Of a DNA stretch of 64,000 nucleotides, positions 19,697 through 29,801 are shown in pieces. This DNA comes from Clostridia bacterium. Lineage in GTDB: Bacteria; Bacillota; Clostridia; Christensenellales; Borkfalkiaceae. How positions within the stretch are numbered: the stretch's first letter is position 1; each line of letters opens with the position of its first letter. The notes below the pieces were generated by a model. It searched no databases, had not been told where the DNA came from, and was given only the letters and a program-made list of their open reading frames with translations. Location of the stretch: the NCBI GenBank assembly GCA_017536305.1, contig JAFXHR010000020.1, positions 5,088-69,087 on the forward strand. Reading direction: 5' to 3'. The position numbers were made by a program, and so were the translations under genes.

Positions 19697-19929
19697 TTTT
19701 TCGTATTCTCCTTTTCCGAATTTGATTAGGTCGCTTTGCCTATCGTTCGTTCGGCTATGCAGTCCGTAAGACGCCGAACGGTCAACGAATGGCAATCAAG
19801 GAGTGCTTTTCGTCCGTCGCGGGGGTATTATACCATAAAAAAAGCGTTTGTCAATAGGGTAGTGTCATCTTTTTTTCAAAAAAGCTGAAAATGAAGACAC
19901 AAAAGGCGAAAAAATTTTTATAGAAAATA

Positions 19930-19958
19930 TTGACAAAACAAAAAAGGTGTGATATAAT
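19930..19958 (+). promoter_or_regulatory. Consensus sigma-70 promoter with extended -10
   Basis: TTGACA 19930-19935, 17-nt spacer ending in TGA, TATAAT 19953-19958. Upstream of the phosphoglycosyl transferase. Confidence 0.6.
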
Positions 19959-20008
19959 ATAACAGTTGTGTATAAAGTATAAAAATTCCAAACGGGAACA
20001 AAGGGAAA

Positions 20009-20701
20009 ATGTATAGACACTTTTTCAAAAGGTTATTCGATATTATTTTTAGCTTAGTTGCATTGATAATTCTTGCTTTTCCTATGCTGATTATCGCGAT
20101 TGTGGTCAAATGCACGAGCAAGGGCCCTGCTATCTTCGTACAAGAACGAATGGGTAGAAAAGGAAAACCTTTCAAATTTTATAAATTCCGTAGTATGCGT
20201 ATAGAAGCTCCGCACGATTTGGCGACGAGAGAAATTCATAGCGAAGATTACATAACCAAAGTAGGTGCTTTTTTACGCAAAACGAGTATGGACGAGCTCC
20301 CCCAGCTTTGGTGTATCTTAAAAGGGGATATGTCGTTAATCGGTCCACGCCCCGTCGTTTGTTGTGAAACGGATTTAATTGAAAAGCGTGTGCAAACGGG
20401 AGCGGATTTAGTGCGTCCAGGGCTTACCGGTTTAGCACAGGTGCGATTGCGTGATAGATTAACGGATATGTCGTTGAAAGCGGAAATTGACGGTGAATAT
20501 GCCAAGAAAATTACCTTTTGGGGGGATTTGAAGATATTCTGCCAAACGATATTCGTCGTATTCCGTAATGATAATTTCGTCGAAGGTACGGCGGTTATGG
20601 AAGACGAAGAGATGGCAAAGTCCGAAAACACGCAAGCGGTAGAAACCTTGGAAGAAGTTGCCGTGGCAAATGCAAAGGACGAGCAGGAACAAGTTTCTTA
20701 A
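20009..20701 (+). CDS. Phosphoglycosyl transferase (PglC/WbaP-C-terminal-type bacterial sugar transferase)
   Basis: Single N-terminal re-entrant helix, KFRSM, DELPQL and GPRP motifs. Acidic C-terminal tail. Confidence 0.85.
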   Translation: MYRHFFKRLFDIIFSLVALIILAFPMLIIAIVVKCTSKGPAIFVQERMGRKGKPFKFYKFRSMRIEAPHDLATREIHSEDYITKVGAFLRKTSMDELPQLWCILKGDMSLIGPRPVVCCETDLIEKRVQTGADLVRPGLTGLAQVRLRDRLTDMSLKAEIDGEYAKKITFWGDLKIFCQTIFVVFRNDNFVEGTAVMEDEEMAKSENTQAVETLEEVAVANAKDEQEQVS

Positions 20702-20726
20702 AAGTAAAAATAATATAAGAGCATAC

Positions 20727-20770
20727 GAGTGCTCCCGAAACGGCGAAATTCGGGAGTGCTTTATTTTTTT
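20727..20770 (+). terminator. Rho-independent terminator
   Basis: GAGTGCTCCCGAA...TTCGGGAGTGCT followed by TTATTTTTTT. Confidence 0.75.
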
Positions 20771-20806
20771 CTCGCCGAATTAGGCGTAGAAAAGCGTATG
20801 AAATCC

Positions 20807-20836
20807 TTGACAAACGCACAGTATTCGTAGTATAAT
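20807..20836 (+). promoter_or_regulatory. Sigma-70 promoter (TTGACA-18-TATAAT)
   Basis: TTGACA 20807-20812 and TATAAT 20831-20836, upstream of the CapD-like gene. Confidence 0.55.
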
Positions 20837-20907
20837 GTTTCTAAGCGAGCGTACGCGTGCGCGCGTATGAAGTAAAAGCTTGCTTTGGACGGTGTACTAA
20901 GGACGAT

Positions 20908-22839
20908 ATGGGAAAGAAAAACAGGACAAGAAAAAATTTAAGACCGATTACCGACTGGAACCGATTTTTTTTGGTTTTAGCGGATATTTTCGCGGTGGCG
21001 GGCGCATTGCTGTTTGCGTATCTTGCCACGCAAAGTACCCGAAAGCTCACCTTGCAGGCTTGGCTTTGGATGGGTGGAAATTTGGTGTTTGCAATCGGCG
21101 TATTCGCGGCGCTTGGATTATATTCTATCGTGCTCAAAAACGTAGGCGTAGCGGAGATTGTTAAAATTATGATGTCGTCCGTGGTTATTTGTGCGGGCAA
21201 TATCGTATTTCCGCTCGTGGCAGGCAGAGAGTACGTAGGACTTGGCACGGGGCTGGTATATTCGCTTGCGTTAACGGCGTTCGTGGTGTTTATCCGTTAT
21301 TTCCAACGCCTTTCGGTGGCGTTTAAGTATCATTTTGAAACGGCAAATTCGGAAAAAACGCGCGTTATGATAGTGGGCGGTGGCGACGCAGGGAGCGCGC
21401 TTATCAAAGAAATGCAAACGTCGAATAGAATTTCTTATAAACCCGTTTGTATCGCCGACGATAATCCTGAAAAATTGCGTAAATATATCAGCGACGTGAA
21501 GGTGGCAGGCACGACGTTTGAAGTGAAAAAGCTTGCCCAAGATTACAAGGTAGAAGAGATTTTTATCGCTATGCCGTCGGTGGATAAAAAACACCTGAGC
21601 GAAGTGGTAAAACGCTGTCAAGATTGCGGTTGTCCCGTCAAGGTGCTCCCTGGAATGTATCAGCTTGCGAGCGGTCAAGTAACGGTAGCGACGCTCCGCC
21701 CCGTAGAAGTGCAAGACCTTTTGGGTAGAGAGCAGGTGAGCGTCAATTTAGACGAAATTATGAGCTATATCGAAAAGAAGGTCGTACTCGTTACGGGTGG
21801 CGGTGGTTCGATAGGTAGCGAGCTTTGCCGTCAAATAGCCACGCATAATCCCGAAACGCTGATTATCTTAGACGTGTATGAAAATAATGCGTACGATATT
21901 GAACAGGAGTTAAAAAGACGTCATCCGAATTTACATTTGTTAACGCTTATAGCGAGCGTTCGAGAAATGACGAAAATGCGGGACGTATTCCAAAAATACC
22001 GTCCGCAAATCGTATTCCACGCGGCGGCGCATAAGCACGTACCGCTCATGGAAACGAGCCCGAACGAAGCGGTGAAAAATAACGTATTCGGCACGCTCAA
22101 CGTAGCGAAATGCGCGGACGAATTTGAAGTGGAAACCTTCGTGCAAATTTCGACGGATAAGGCGGTCAACCCCACGAATATTATGGGCGCGACCAAGCGT
22201 ATTTGTGAAATGATTATCCAAACGATAGGTAAGCACAGCAAAAAGACGAAATTCGTGGCGGTGCGCTTTGGCAACGTGTTAGGCTCGAACGGCTCGGTTA
22301 TACCGCTTTTCCGTCGCCAAATTGCGGAAGGCGGACCGGTAACGGTTACGCACGAAGACATCATTCGGTACTTTATGACGATACCAGAGGCGGTATCGCT
22401 CGTATTGCAGGCAGGCGCTTACGCCAAGGGTGGACAAATTTTCGTTTTGGATATGGGCGAGCCCGTACGTATTTACGATTTGGCGTATAACTTAATTCGA
22501 CTTTCGGGGTACGAACCGAACGTAGATATCGATATCGTATGCACGGGACTTCGACCTGGGGAAAAGCTGTTTGAAGAACGGCTTATGGAAGAAGAAGGCT
22601 TGCAAAAGACGGCGAACGGACTTATCAATATCGCCAAGCCGATTAAGCTGGACGAAAAGAAACTTTGGTCTACCTTGGATAAGCTTTACGAACAAGCGTA
22701 CGGCGAAGCGGACGATATGAAAAAGTCGGTAAAAGAGCTTGTACCGACGTATACGATAGACAAGAGAGACAGTATCGCCGAAGCGTTATGCTTAACGACG
22801 GATACCAAACCGAAAAAGAAATCAGCGAAACGCGCATAA
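20908..22839 (+). CDS. Membrane-anchored NDP-sugar 4,6-dehydratase (CapD/PglF/WbpM family)
   Basis: N-terminal TM helices, then two Rossmann regions (VGGGDAGS; VTGGGGSIGSEL) and the YxxxK-type region AAAHKHVP. ATG 20908 with AAGGA RBS preferred over GTG 20857. Confidence 0.85.
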   Translation: MGKKNRTRKNLRPITDWNRFFLVLADIFAVAGALLFAYLATQSTRKLTLQAWLWMGGNLVFAIGVFAALGLYSIVLKNVGVAEIVKIMMSSVVICAGNIVFPLVAGREYVGLGTGLVYSLALTAFVVFIRYFQRLSVAFKYHFETANSEKTRVMIVGGGDAGSALIKEMQTSNRISYKPVCIADDNPEKLRKYISDVKVAGTTFEVKKLAQDYKVEEIFIAMPSVDKKHLSEVVKRCQDCGCPVKVLPGMYQLASGQVTVATLRPVEVQDLLGREQVSVNLDEIMSYIEKKVVLVTGGGGSIGSELCRQIATHNPETLIILDVYENNAYDIEQELKRRHPNLHLLTLIASVREMTKMRDVFQKYRPQIVFHAAAHKHVPLMETSPNEAVKNNVFGTLNVAKCADEFEVETFVQISTDKAVNPTNIMGATKRICEMIIQTIGKHSKKTKFVAVRFGNVLGSNGSVIPLFRRQIAEGGPVTVTHEDIIRYFMTIPEAVSLVLQAGAYAKGGQIFVLDMGEPVRIYDLAYNLIRLSGYEPNVDIDIVCTGLRPGEKLFEERLMEEEGLQKTANGLINIAKPIKLDEKKLWSTLDKLYEQAYGEADDMKKSVKELVPTYTIDKRDSIAEALCLTTDTKPKKKSAKRA

Positions 22840-22872
22840 GAAATTACGGGCAGTGAAAGGACGGTTTTCATA

Positions 22873-24285
22873 GTGGAAAAGACGCAACATCAATTTAAGG
22901 AAACGGTAAAGACGCAAGCGTATCAATATTTACGCTTGCTCCGTGAATTTTTTAACAGTTACATATTTTATGTGTTAGAAACGCTACTTGCCTGTGCGTT
23001 TGTGCTTTTTAGGCAGGAAGTATTCGGGGTAATCGTCTTTATAGGGCTTTTAGCCGTTCTGCTCGTCGTATGCGAAGACGTGCTCCCGACGACGCTACCG
23101 TTCTTGCTCGTGTGTACCTTTTCCACCAACTGTTACGATTCCTTTGATACGTTTATCGGTTACGCTATATACGCACCCGTCGTGGTCGTTGCCTTGATTG
23201 CGCATTTCGTAATGTACCATAAGCCCTATTATTTCGGGGAGAGTATGTACGGAATTTGCGCCGTCAGTATTGCAATCTTGCTTGGCGGAATCGGGAATTT
23301 CGGGTTTTTAGACTACGTATACGGCGGATACTATATGCTTGGTTTGGGTATAGGCATGGTAGTCGCGTATTATTTTATGAAATCGCAGTTTTCGGCACGG
23401 CGGGAATACGATATTCGTAAGCGCTTTGCGGTGATTATGACCTTGATGGGTATGCTTTGCGTGGCAATGATAGCTATCGGCCGTATGAGAGAATGGTTTG
23501 GATTTGAATATATCATTCAAGGCGGTCGCGGGTTTTCCCCGAATAACCTTGCGACAATGCTGATGTTCGCTATGCCGTTCCCGTTATACTTAACGAAAAA
23601 GAGCGACTGGTGGGCGATTTTAACGGCAACGATATACGCAGGGATATGTTTTACCAGCTCGCGTGGCGGTTTAATTTTCGGTAGTATAGAGTTTGTCGTT
23701 TGTTGTGCGTACTGGATATACATTACGGAAAAGAAAACGCAACGGATTTTATATTGCGTATTTATTGCGGTTGCGCTATTGTTAAGTATCGGCGGTACGA
23801 TTATCGACGTTATATTCGATAGATTTGTGGACGAAAGCATGGTGGGCAGTAGCCGTTGGGTAATGATTTTAGAGTCTATTGACCGTTTCAAAGGGAATCC
23901 TATTTTTGGCTCGGGGATTTTAGACGATACTCTTAATTATTCAAGCTTTAAGAAAAAAGGAACCATGTCTTGGTATCATATGATGATACCGCAAATTATC
24001 GGCAGTATGGGGCTCGTGGGCGTTGTGGCTTATGCGTACCAAGGCTTTGCCCGCTTCAAAATGATTTTTACAAAAATGAGTAGCTGGTCGCTCGTTTTGG
24101 GTATTTCATACCTTGGTATTTTGATGATGAGCCAAGTCAACCCTGGGGAATTTTGCCCCCTGCCCTTCGAGCTTTTGACGGTGCTTTTGTTTATCCTGCA
24201 AGAGCTTAGATTAGAGCAGGATAGCTTACCGCTTGGACGACAGGCGTATCAAAAACAAAAATCGGGCTATGCGCCCCTTATATAA
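22873..24285 (+). CDS. O-antigen-ligase/Wzy_C-domain polytopic membrane protein
   Basis: 470 aa with about 10 or more TM helices. Loop with SSRGGLIFG and later SWYHMM... resembles the Wzy_C (WaaL/PglL) region. GTG start. Confidence 0.55.
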   Translation: MEKTQHQFKETVKTQAYQYLRLLREFFNSYIFYVLETLLACAFVLFRQEVFGVIVFIGLLAVLLVVCEDVLPTTLPFLLVCTFSTNCYDSFDTFIGYAIYAPVVVVALIAHFVMYHKPYYFGESMYGICAVSIAILLGGIGNFGFLDYVYGGYYMLGLGIGMVVAYYFMKSQFSARREYDIRKRFAVIMTLMGMLCVAMIAIGRMREWFGFEYIIQGGRGFSPNNLATMLMFAMPFPLYLTKKSDWWAILTATIYAGICFTSSRGGLIFGSIEFVVCCAYWIYITEKKTQRILYCVFIAVALLLSIGGTIIDVIFDRFVDESMVGSSRWVMILESIDRFKGNPIFGSGILDDTLNYSSFKKKGTMSWYHMMIPQIIGSMGLVGVVAYAYQGFARFKMIFTKMSSWSLVLGISYLGILMMSQVNPGEFCPLPFELLTVLLFILQELRLEQDSLPLGRQAYQKQKSGYAPLI

Positions 24286-24308
24286 TAAAACAAAAGGAGA
24301 ACACAACA

Positions 24309-25016
24309 ATGCAACCCGTGTATAAACGCATACTCTTAAAACTTTCGGGCGAGGCGCTTGCAGGGGATAACCGTTTCGGTTTGAACCACGAAGTCATTGC
24401 TCCCGTAGTAGAACAAATCGTACAGCTCCATAATATGGGCGTACAGGTAGGTTTGGTAATCGGCGGTGGAAACTTCTGGCGCGGTCGTCAGGGTACGAAT
24501 ATGGACAGAACGACGGCGGACCATATGGGTATGCTTGCTACGGTTATGAACTCGCTGGCTATGATGGACGCTATTGAACAACGCGGTGTACCCGTGCGCG
24601 TGCAAACGGCGCTGGATATGGTATCGCTTGCCGAGCCGTTCATTTTGAGAAAAGCACTTCGCCACTTCGAGATGGGTAGAATCGTCATTTTCGCTTGCGG
24701 AACGGGTAACCCGTATTGCTCGACTGACACGGCGGCGGCGCTTAGAGCGTGCGAAATCGACGCGGACATTTTACTTATGGCGAAGAACGTAGACGGTATT
24801 TACGATTCCGACCCCAAAACCAACCCGTTCGCTAAAAAATACGAAGAACTGCGCTACGCGGATATTATCAATCGCGGGCTGAAAGTCATAGACTTTACGG
24901 CGGCGACAATGTGTATGGAAAACAACGTGCCCACGCTCGCGTTCGGCTTAAACGAAGAAAATTCTATCGTTCGCGCGGTATGCGGTGAAAAATTAGGTAC
25001 GATTATCAAAGTATAA
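24309..25016 (+). CDS. pyrH: UMP kinase
   Basis: KRILLKLSGEAL..., GGGNFWRG and GTGNPYCSTDTAAALRA motifs. Confidence 0.95.
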   Translation: MQPVYKRILLKLSGEALAGDNRFGLNHEVIAPVVEQIVQLHNMGVQVGLVIGGGNFWRGRQGTNMDRTTADHMGMLATVMNSLAMMDAIEQRGVPVRVQTALDMVSLAEPFILRKALRHFEMGRIVIFACGTGNPYCSTDTAAALRACEIDADILLMAKNVDGIYDSDPKTNPFAKKYEELRYADIINRGLKVIDFTAATMCMENNVPTLAFGLNEENSIVRAVCGEKLGTIIKV

Positions 25017-25042
25017 ATAACCAAAAAAAGGAGAAAATCAAT

Positions 25043-25615
25043 ATGGTAGAAAACGAAAAAGTAGACGAAATGAGCTTGGAATTAGAAGAAAAATCGGAAA
25101 ACACGATTAAAGCGCTCGAAGGGGACTACGGTGCGCTTAGAACGGGTAGAGCTAACCCCAACATTTTAAGTAAAATCGAAGTAGAGGCGTACGGCGGTAT
25201 GAGCAAACTCATTGAGCTTGGCAACGTTTCCACCTTAGACGCGCGTACCTTGCAGGTCAATCTTTGGGATAAATCGCTCTTAAAAGCGACGGAAAAAGCC
25301 ATTTTGCAATCGAATATCGGCATTACGCCCGTCAATAACGGTAACGTGATTTTGCTCACTTTTCCCGTAATGACGGAAGAACGCAGAAAAGAGCTTGTAA
25401 AGCAAGCGAAAAAGATGGGTGAAGACGCTAAGGTCGCGATTAGAAACCACCGTCGCGAGGCAATGGACGTGCTCAAAAAATTAAAAACGTCCAAGGAGCT
25501 TTCGGAAGACGAAGTAGCAGGTTGCGAGGCGGAAGTAGAAAAGACGGTGTCGAGCTATATGTCGACGCTCGAATCGATTATTTCGGCAAAAGAAAAAGAA
25601 TTGATGTCTATTTAA
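25043..25615 (+). CDS. frr: Ribosome recycling factor
   Basis: 190 aa. LRTGRANPNIL...VEAYG...LTFPVMTEERRKELVK is typical Frr. Follows pyrH. Confidence 0.95.
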   Translation: MVENEKVDEMSLELEEKSENTIKALEGDYGALRTGRANPNILSKIEVEAYGGMSKLIELGNVSTLDARTLQVNLWDKSLLKATEKAILQSNIGITPVNNGNVILLTFPVMTEERRKELVKQAKKMGEDAKVAIRNHRREAMDVLKKLKTSKELSEDEVAGCEAEVEKTVSSYMSTLESIISAKEKELMSI

Positions 25616-25618
25616 GCT

Positions 25619-26338
25619 ATGGCGCGCAATAAAATAATACAGGGAACGAAAATTCCCCAGCATATCGCAATTATTATGGACGGCAACGGGCGTTGGGCGA
25701 AAAAGCGCCTGATGCCCCGTTCTTTCGGTCATAAGCAGGGCATGGAGCGTATGATAGGGTTGATGGAACACGCCTTTGATTTGGGCGTTAAATATATCAC
25801 CGTTTACGCGCTGTCCACGGAAAATTTGCAAAGACCCAAAGAAGAGCTAGAAGGCTTATACAATCTCATTCGCAACCATTTTACTTCGTATATGGAGCGC
25901 GTATGCTCCAAGGGCGTCCGCTTAAAAGCTATCGGCGATACGACGCTACTTCCGCCCGACGTGCAGGAAATTTTAAGAAATTCCGAGAAAAAGACGGAAG
26001 GGAACGAAGGGAAAGGTATCAATATCGCGCTTTGCTACGGCGCTCGTGCCGAGCTTGTTCGCGCGACGAATATTGCGGTGGAGCGTGGTGAAAAGGTAAC
26101 GGAAGAAAGCCTTGCGGGGCTTTTATATACGGGCGGTCAGCCCGACCCTGAGCTCATTATCCGCACGGGCAAGGAAGTGCGCCTTTCCAACTTCTTACTG
26201 TATCAATCGGCGTATAGCGAATTATACTTTTCGGATAAAATGTTCCCTGCGTTTACGGATAAAGACTTGGAAAAAGCGATTGTTTGGTTTTCCAGCCGAA
26301 CGCGTCGGTTTGGTAAAACGGACGAACAGTTAAAGTAA
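25619..26338 (+). CDS. uppS: Undecaprenyl-diphosphate synthase (cis-isoprenyl transferase)
   Basis: HIAIIMDGNGRWA, ITVYALSTENLQRP and IRTGKEVRLSNFLLYQ motifs. Confidence 0.95.
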   Translation: MARNKIIQGTKIPQHIAIIMDGNGRWAKKRLMPRSFGHKQGMERMIGLMEHAFDLGVKYITVYALSTENLQRPKEELEGLYNLIRNHFTSYMERVCSKGVRLKAIGDTTLLPPDVQEILRNSEKKTEGNEGKGINIALCYGARAELVRATNIAVERGEKVTEESLAGLLYTGGQPDPELIIRTGKEVRLSNFLLYQSAYSELYFSDKMFPAFTDKDLEKAIVWFSSRTRRFGKTDEQLK

Positions 26339-26358
26339 AGAAAAATAGGTAAAAACGT

Positions 26359-27267
26359 ATGAAAAATCGGGTTATATCGGGCATAGGCTACGTAGCCGTC
26401 TTGCTCGGCTTTTATCTTTTGAAAATATTCGTGCACGATTTCTTTTTCGACGCACTCATATACTTTTTTGCGCTCGTGGGCACGTTTGAAATGCTCCGTG
26501 CTATGAAAGAACAAACGACGAAAGCAGAACGCGGTATCGTCGCGGTTTTTGCGATTGTTACCGTACCTGCCTGTGCTATTACCGAATATTACGTACAGTT
26601 CGGTTTGCACGTAACCTGCATTTGCTTTTTCGCGTTAGCGGTGGCGCTACTGTCCTTACTCGTTCTCCGCCACGACGAAACAACGCTGGAAAACTTAGGT
26701 ATTTCCTTGCTTTCAGCGGTGTATCCGAGCCTTTTATTATGCTTGCTCGTTCTTACCAACCATATCGACCCTGCGCTCATGCGCGTATCTTCGGAGCGAC
26801 TTGCGGAAATTTGCTTTAACTCCGACCTGCTTATTCTAATGATATTCGTCGTGTCGCCCATTTCGGATACCATGGCGTTCCTATTCGGCAAATTCTTGGG
26901 TAAATTTTTCCCCGCGAAAATGGCGCCTACCATTAGCCCGAATAAAACGGTAGTTGGGGCAATCGGTGGACTTATCGGCGGTGCGGTCGGCGCAGGTATC
27001 TTGTATTTCGTTTATCAATGGCTGTTCGTCGGCGCGTGGATAGATATGCAGGTTTGGTTGCCCGTATACCTTGCCATCGGCTTTTTCTCGTCGCTTGCCA
27101 ACGAGTTCGGCGACTTGGTGGAAAGCTGTATCAAGCGTAAGGTCGGCTTAAAGGATATGGGCAAAATTATGCCTGGGCACGGCGGTATCTTGGATAGAAT
27201 AGACGGCACGCTGTTTGCCTGCGGAGCGGTATATTTAATGTATTCGCTTATCGTGCTTTTGGCGTAA
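26359..27267 (+). CDS. cdsA: Phosphatidate cytidylyltransferase
   Basis: Polytopic protein. C-terminal SCIKRKVGLKDMGKIMPGHGGILDRIDG signature. Confidence 0.9.
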   Translation: MKNRVISGIGYVAVLLGFYLLKIFVHDFFFDALIYFFALVGTFEMLRAMKEQTTKAERGIVAVFAIVTVPACAITEYYVQFGLHVTCICFFALAVALLSLLVLRHDETTLENLGISLLSAVYPSLLLCLLVLTNHIDPALMRVSSERLAEICFNSDLLILMIFVVSPISDTMAFLFGKFLGKFFPAKMAPTISPNKTVVGAIGGLIGGAVGAGILYFVYQWLFVGAWIDMQVWLPVYLAIGFFSSLANEFGDLVESCIKRKVGLKDMGKIMPGHGGILDRIDGTLFACGAVYLMYSLIVLLA

Positions 27268-27278
27268 AGGTGGCGCGT

Positions 27279-28436
27279 ATGAAAACGATTTCCCTTATCG
27301 GCTCGACGGGCTCTATCGGTACGCAGGTTTGTAACGTCGTCCGTCGCCACCCCGATAAATTCAAAATTGAGAGTATCGTAGCACATTCGTCTGCGGACAC
27401 CTTTTTAGCACAGGTGCAAGAATTTAAGCCGAAGTTTTGCGCGCTCGTGGACGAAGACGCAGGTAAAAAAATAGCCTCCCAAATCCCCGACGGCGTTCGC
27501 TTTGCTTACGGTGCGGAAAACGCCAAGGACGCGATAGCCTACGGCGAGATTGCGTTCATTTCCGCAACCGGCTTTGCAGGCTTACAATATAGCTTACAAG
27601 CCATTGCGTTAAAAAAGAATATCGCCTTAGCCAACAAGGAAACGCTCGTTTGCGGTGGTGAGCTGGTTATGCGTCAAATCAAGGGGGCAGGTATTGAACT
27701 AATGCCCGTGGATAGCGAACATTCCGCGCTTTGGCAGGCGCTTTCTTTCCGTAAAAACGCACCTTATCGGCGCTTGATTATCACGGCGAGCGGTGGCCCG
27801 TTCTACGGCTATACGAAAGAGCAATTAAAAGAAGTAACCCCGTCGTCCGCGCTCAAACACCCCACTTGGAATATGGGCGCAAAAATCACCATTGATTCGG
27901 CTACTTTGCTCAATAAAGGCTTTGAAGTAATCGAGGCAAAATGGCTGTACGATTGTCCGATTGAAAAAATCGACACGGTGGTACAAAGAGAAAGTATCGT
28001 CCATTCCCTCGTCGAGTTTGAAGATTGCAGTATTTTAGCGCAAATGAGCTACCCGACGATGGAAATACCCATTCAGCTTGCGCTCACCTATCCCGACCGT
28101 TTGGATACGGCGTTAAAACCGCTTGATTTCAACACGCTCGGTGCGCTCCATTTCCTGCCGTTAAATAGGAAGGACTTTCCCTGCTACGATTTAGCATTGA
28201 CGGCGCTCGAAAAGGGCGACAATTACGCTTGCGCGCTCAACGGTGTGGGTGAAATCGCAGTACACGCGTTTTTACAAGGTAAAATCCCGTTCCTTGGTAT
28301 CGCGGAAACGATAGAAAACGCGCTTGAAAAAACGGAGAGAATGAAAGCGGATAGCTTTGGCGCGTTACGGGAAACGGACGCGCGCGCACGCGCACTTGCC
28401 AAAGAATACATTAGCCTGACAAGAATGGAACCGTAA
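27279..28436 (+). CDS. dxr: 1-deoxy-D-xylulose-5-phosphate reductoisomerase
   Basis: ISLIGSTGSIGTQ, LANKETLV, PVDSEHSA and HPTWNMG motifs. AAGGTGG RBS before ATG 27279. Confidence 0.95.
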   Translation: MKTISLIGSTGSIGTQVCNVVRRHPDKFKIESIVAHSSADTFLAQVQEFKPKFCALVDEDAGKKIASQIPDGVRFAYGAENAKDAIAYGEIAFISATGFAGLQYSLQAIALKKNIALANKETLVCGGELVMRQIKGAGIELMPVDSEHSALWQALSFRKNAPYRRLIITASGGPFYGYTKEQLKEVTPSSALKHPTWNMGAKITIDSATLLNKGFEVIEAKWLYDCPIEKIDTVVQRESIVHSLVEFEDCSILAQMSYPTMEIPIQLALTYPDRLDTALKPLDFNTLGALHFLPLNRKDFPCYDLALTALEKGDNYACALNGVGEIAVHAFLQGKIPFLGIAETIENALEKTERMKADSFGALRETDARARALAKEYISLTRMEP

Positions 28437-28494
28437 AAGGTTTTAGAGATAAAAAATACGAAAGCAAAGAAATAATCAATAAGGGGATAAAGGA

Positions 28495-29721
28495 TTGCAC
28501 TTTTTAACGAACTTATTAAGCTTTGCGAACGTTATGAAATCTATCGGCGGAATACTTTTGGCGATAGTTATTTTACTCGTTATGGTAACCATTCACGAGT
28601 TCGGTCATTACGTCGCAGGTAAAATACTCGGTTTCAAAATCAACGAATTTGCCGTTGGTTTCGGACCTGCCATATTCAAGAAACGCAGTAAAAAAACGGG
28701 CGAGCTGTTCGCGCTCCGTATCGTACCTTTGGGCGGATATTGCGCCTTCGACGGGGAAGACGAATACGAAGACGATGAACAAAAACCGACCGAAAAGGAA
28801 GAGCCCTTTTCCGACTATTTAGGCGAAAACGAGCAGGGCAGGGTAGAGACGAGCGCGGAAAAAGAAGACAAAGAGGAAAAAGAAGAATATCCCGAGCCGA
28901 CGGGTGCGCGCTTTAACGACCAACCCCCTTGGAAACGGATTATCGTGCTCGTTGCCGGCGCGACTATGAATTATATTCTGGCGGTATTTTTAATTATCTT
29001 GATGTTTGCGACGGTGGGCAGACCGCTGTACCAAACGACGGTGGAATATCCGGACGGAAAAACGCCGAGCGAAACGCTCGTGGAAACGCCCTTGCAAACG
29101 GGGGATATACTTCTCAAAATCGACGGTCAAAATTTATATATGATAACCGATTATATCGACGCGCTCGATAATAAAAAGGCAGGGGAAGAAGTCCCCTTGC
29201 TCGTTGTGCGGAATGGCGAAAAGACGGAGCTTACGCTTACGATAGCGGAAGACGTTGATTTTGCGAATATGTCGGATACGGATACGCTACTGCAAACCTT
29301 GGGCGTATATTCCCTGCACACGACGACGCAAAAGGCAGGCTTTTTCCAAACGATAGGCAATTCCTTTGCCTATTCCGTCAAAATCGGCGGTACGGTGCTC
29401 CGCTCGCTTGGGGAGCTGTTGACGGGTAAGCTCGGCTTAAACGCTATGGGTGGACCGATAACGACGATTAAGGTAACCTCGGAAGTAGCGTCGAGCGGTT
29501 GGCTGTCCTTTTTGAATATCGCGTCCTTTATCGGGGTGAACCTTGCCGTATTCAATCTTTTGCCTATCCCAGCTTTGGACGGCTGTAAGGTAATTTTTTG
29601 TATTATCGAATGGATACGGAAAAAACCCGTCAATCGCAAAGTGAAAACAATGATACACTTTATCGGTATCATTTTCCTGTTCGCTTTTGCCATCTTCGTC
29701 GATTTATTACAATTATTTTGA
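28495..29721 (+). CDS. rseP: Site-2 (RIP) zinc metalloprotease RseP family
   Basis: HEFGHY in the first TM, a PDZ-like middle region, and LNLLPIPALDG near the C-terminus. An acidic low-complexity insert follows GGYCAFDGEDE. TTG start; start is uncertain. Confidence 0.85.
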   Translation: MHFLTNLLSFANVMKSIGGILLAIVILLVMVTIHEFGHYVAGKILGFKINEFAVGFGPAIFKKRSKKTGELFALRIVPLGGYCAFDGEDEYEDDEQKPTEKEEPFSDYLGENEQGRVETSAEKEDKEEKEEYPEPTGARFNDQPPWKRIIVLVAGATMNYILAVFLIILMFATVGRPLYQTTVEYPDGKTPSETLVETPLQTGDILLKIDGQNLYMITDYIDALDNKKAGEEVPLLVVRNGEKTELTLTIAEDVDFANMSDTDTLLQTLGVYSLHTTTQKAGFFQTIGNSFAYSVKIGGTVLRSLGELLTGKLGLNAMGGPITTIKVTSEVASSGWLSFLNIASFIGVNLAVFNLLPIPALDGCKVIFCIIEWIRKKPVNRKVKTMIHFIGIIFLFAFAIFVDLLQLF

Positions 29722-29731
29722 AAAAATTTAC

Positions 29732-29770
29732 GGCTGTCAAGTAAAAATGCTTGACAGCTATGTTTTTATA
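29732..29770 (+). terminator. Hairpin after rseP, overlapping the next promoter
   Basis: GCTGTCAAG-TAAAAATG-CTTGACAGC followed by TATGTTTTT. The right arm contains the -35 of the ylxM promoter. Confidence 0.45.
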
Positions 29771-29779
29771 GGGTATAAT
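29751..29779 (+). promoter_or_regulatory. Consensus sigma-70 promoter of the ylxM-ffh operon
   Basis: TTGACA 29751-29756, 17-nt spacer, TATAAT 29774-29779. Confidence 0.6.
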
Positions 29780-29801
29780 AAGTAGGCTAAGGGGGTAGAG
29801 T

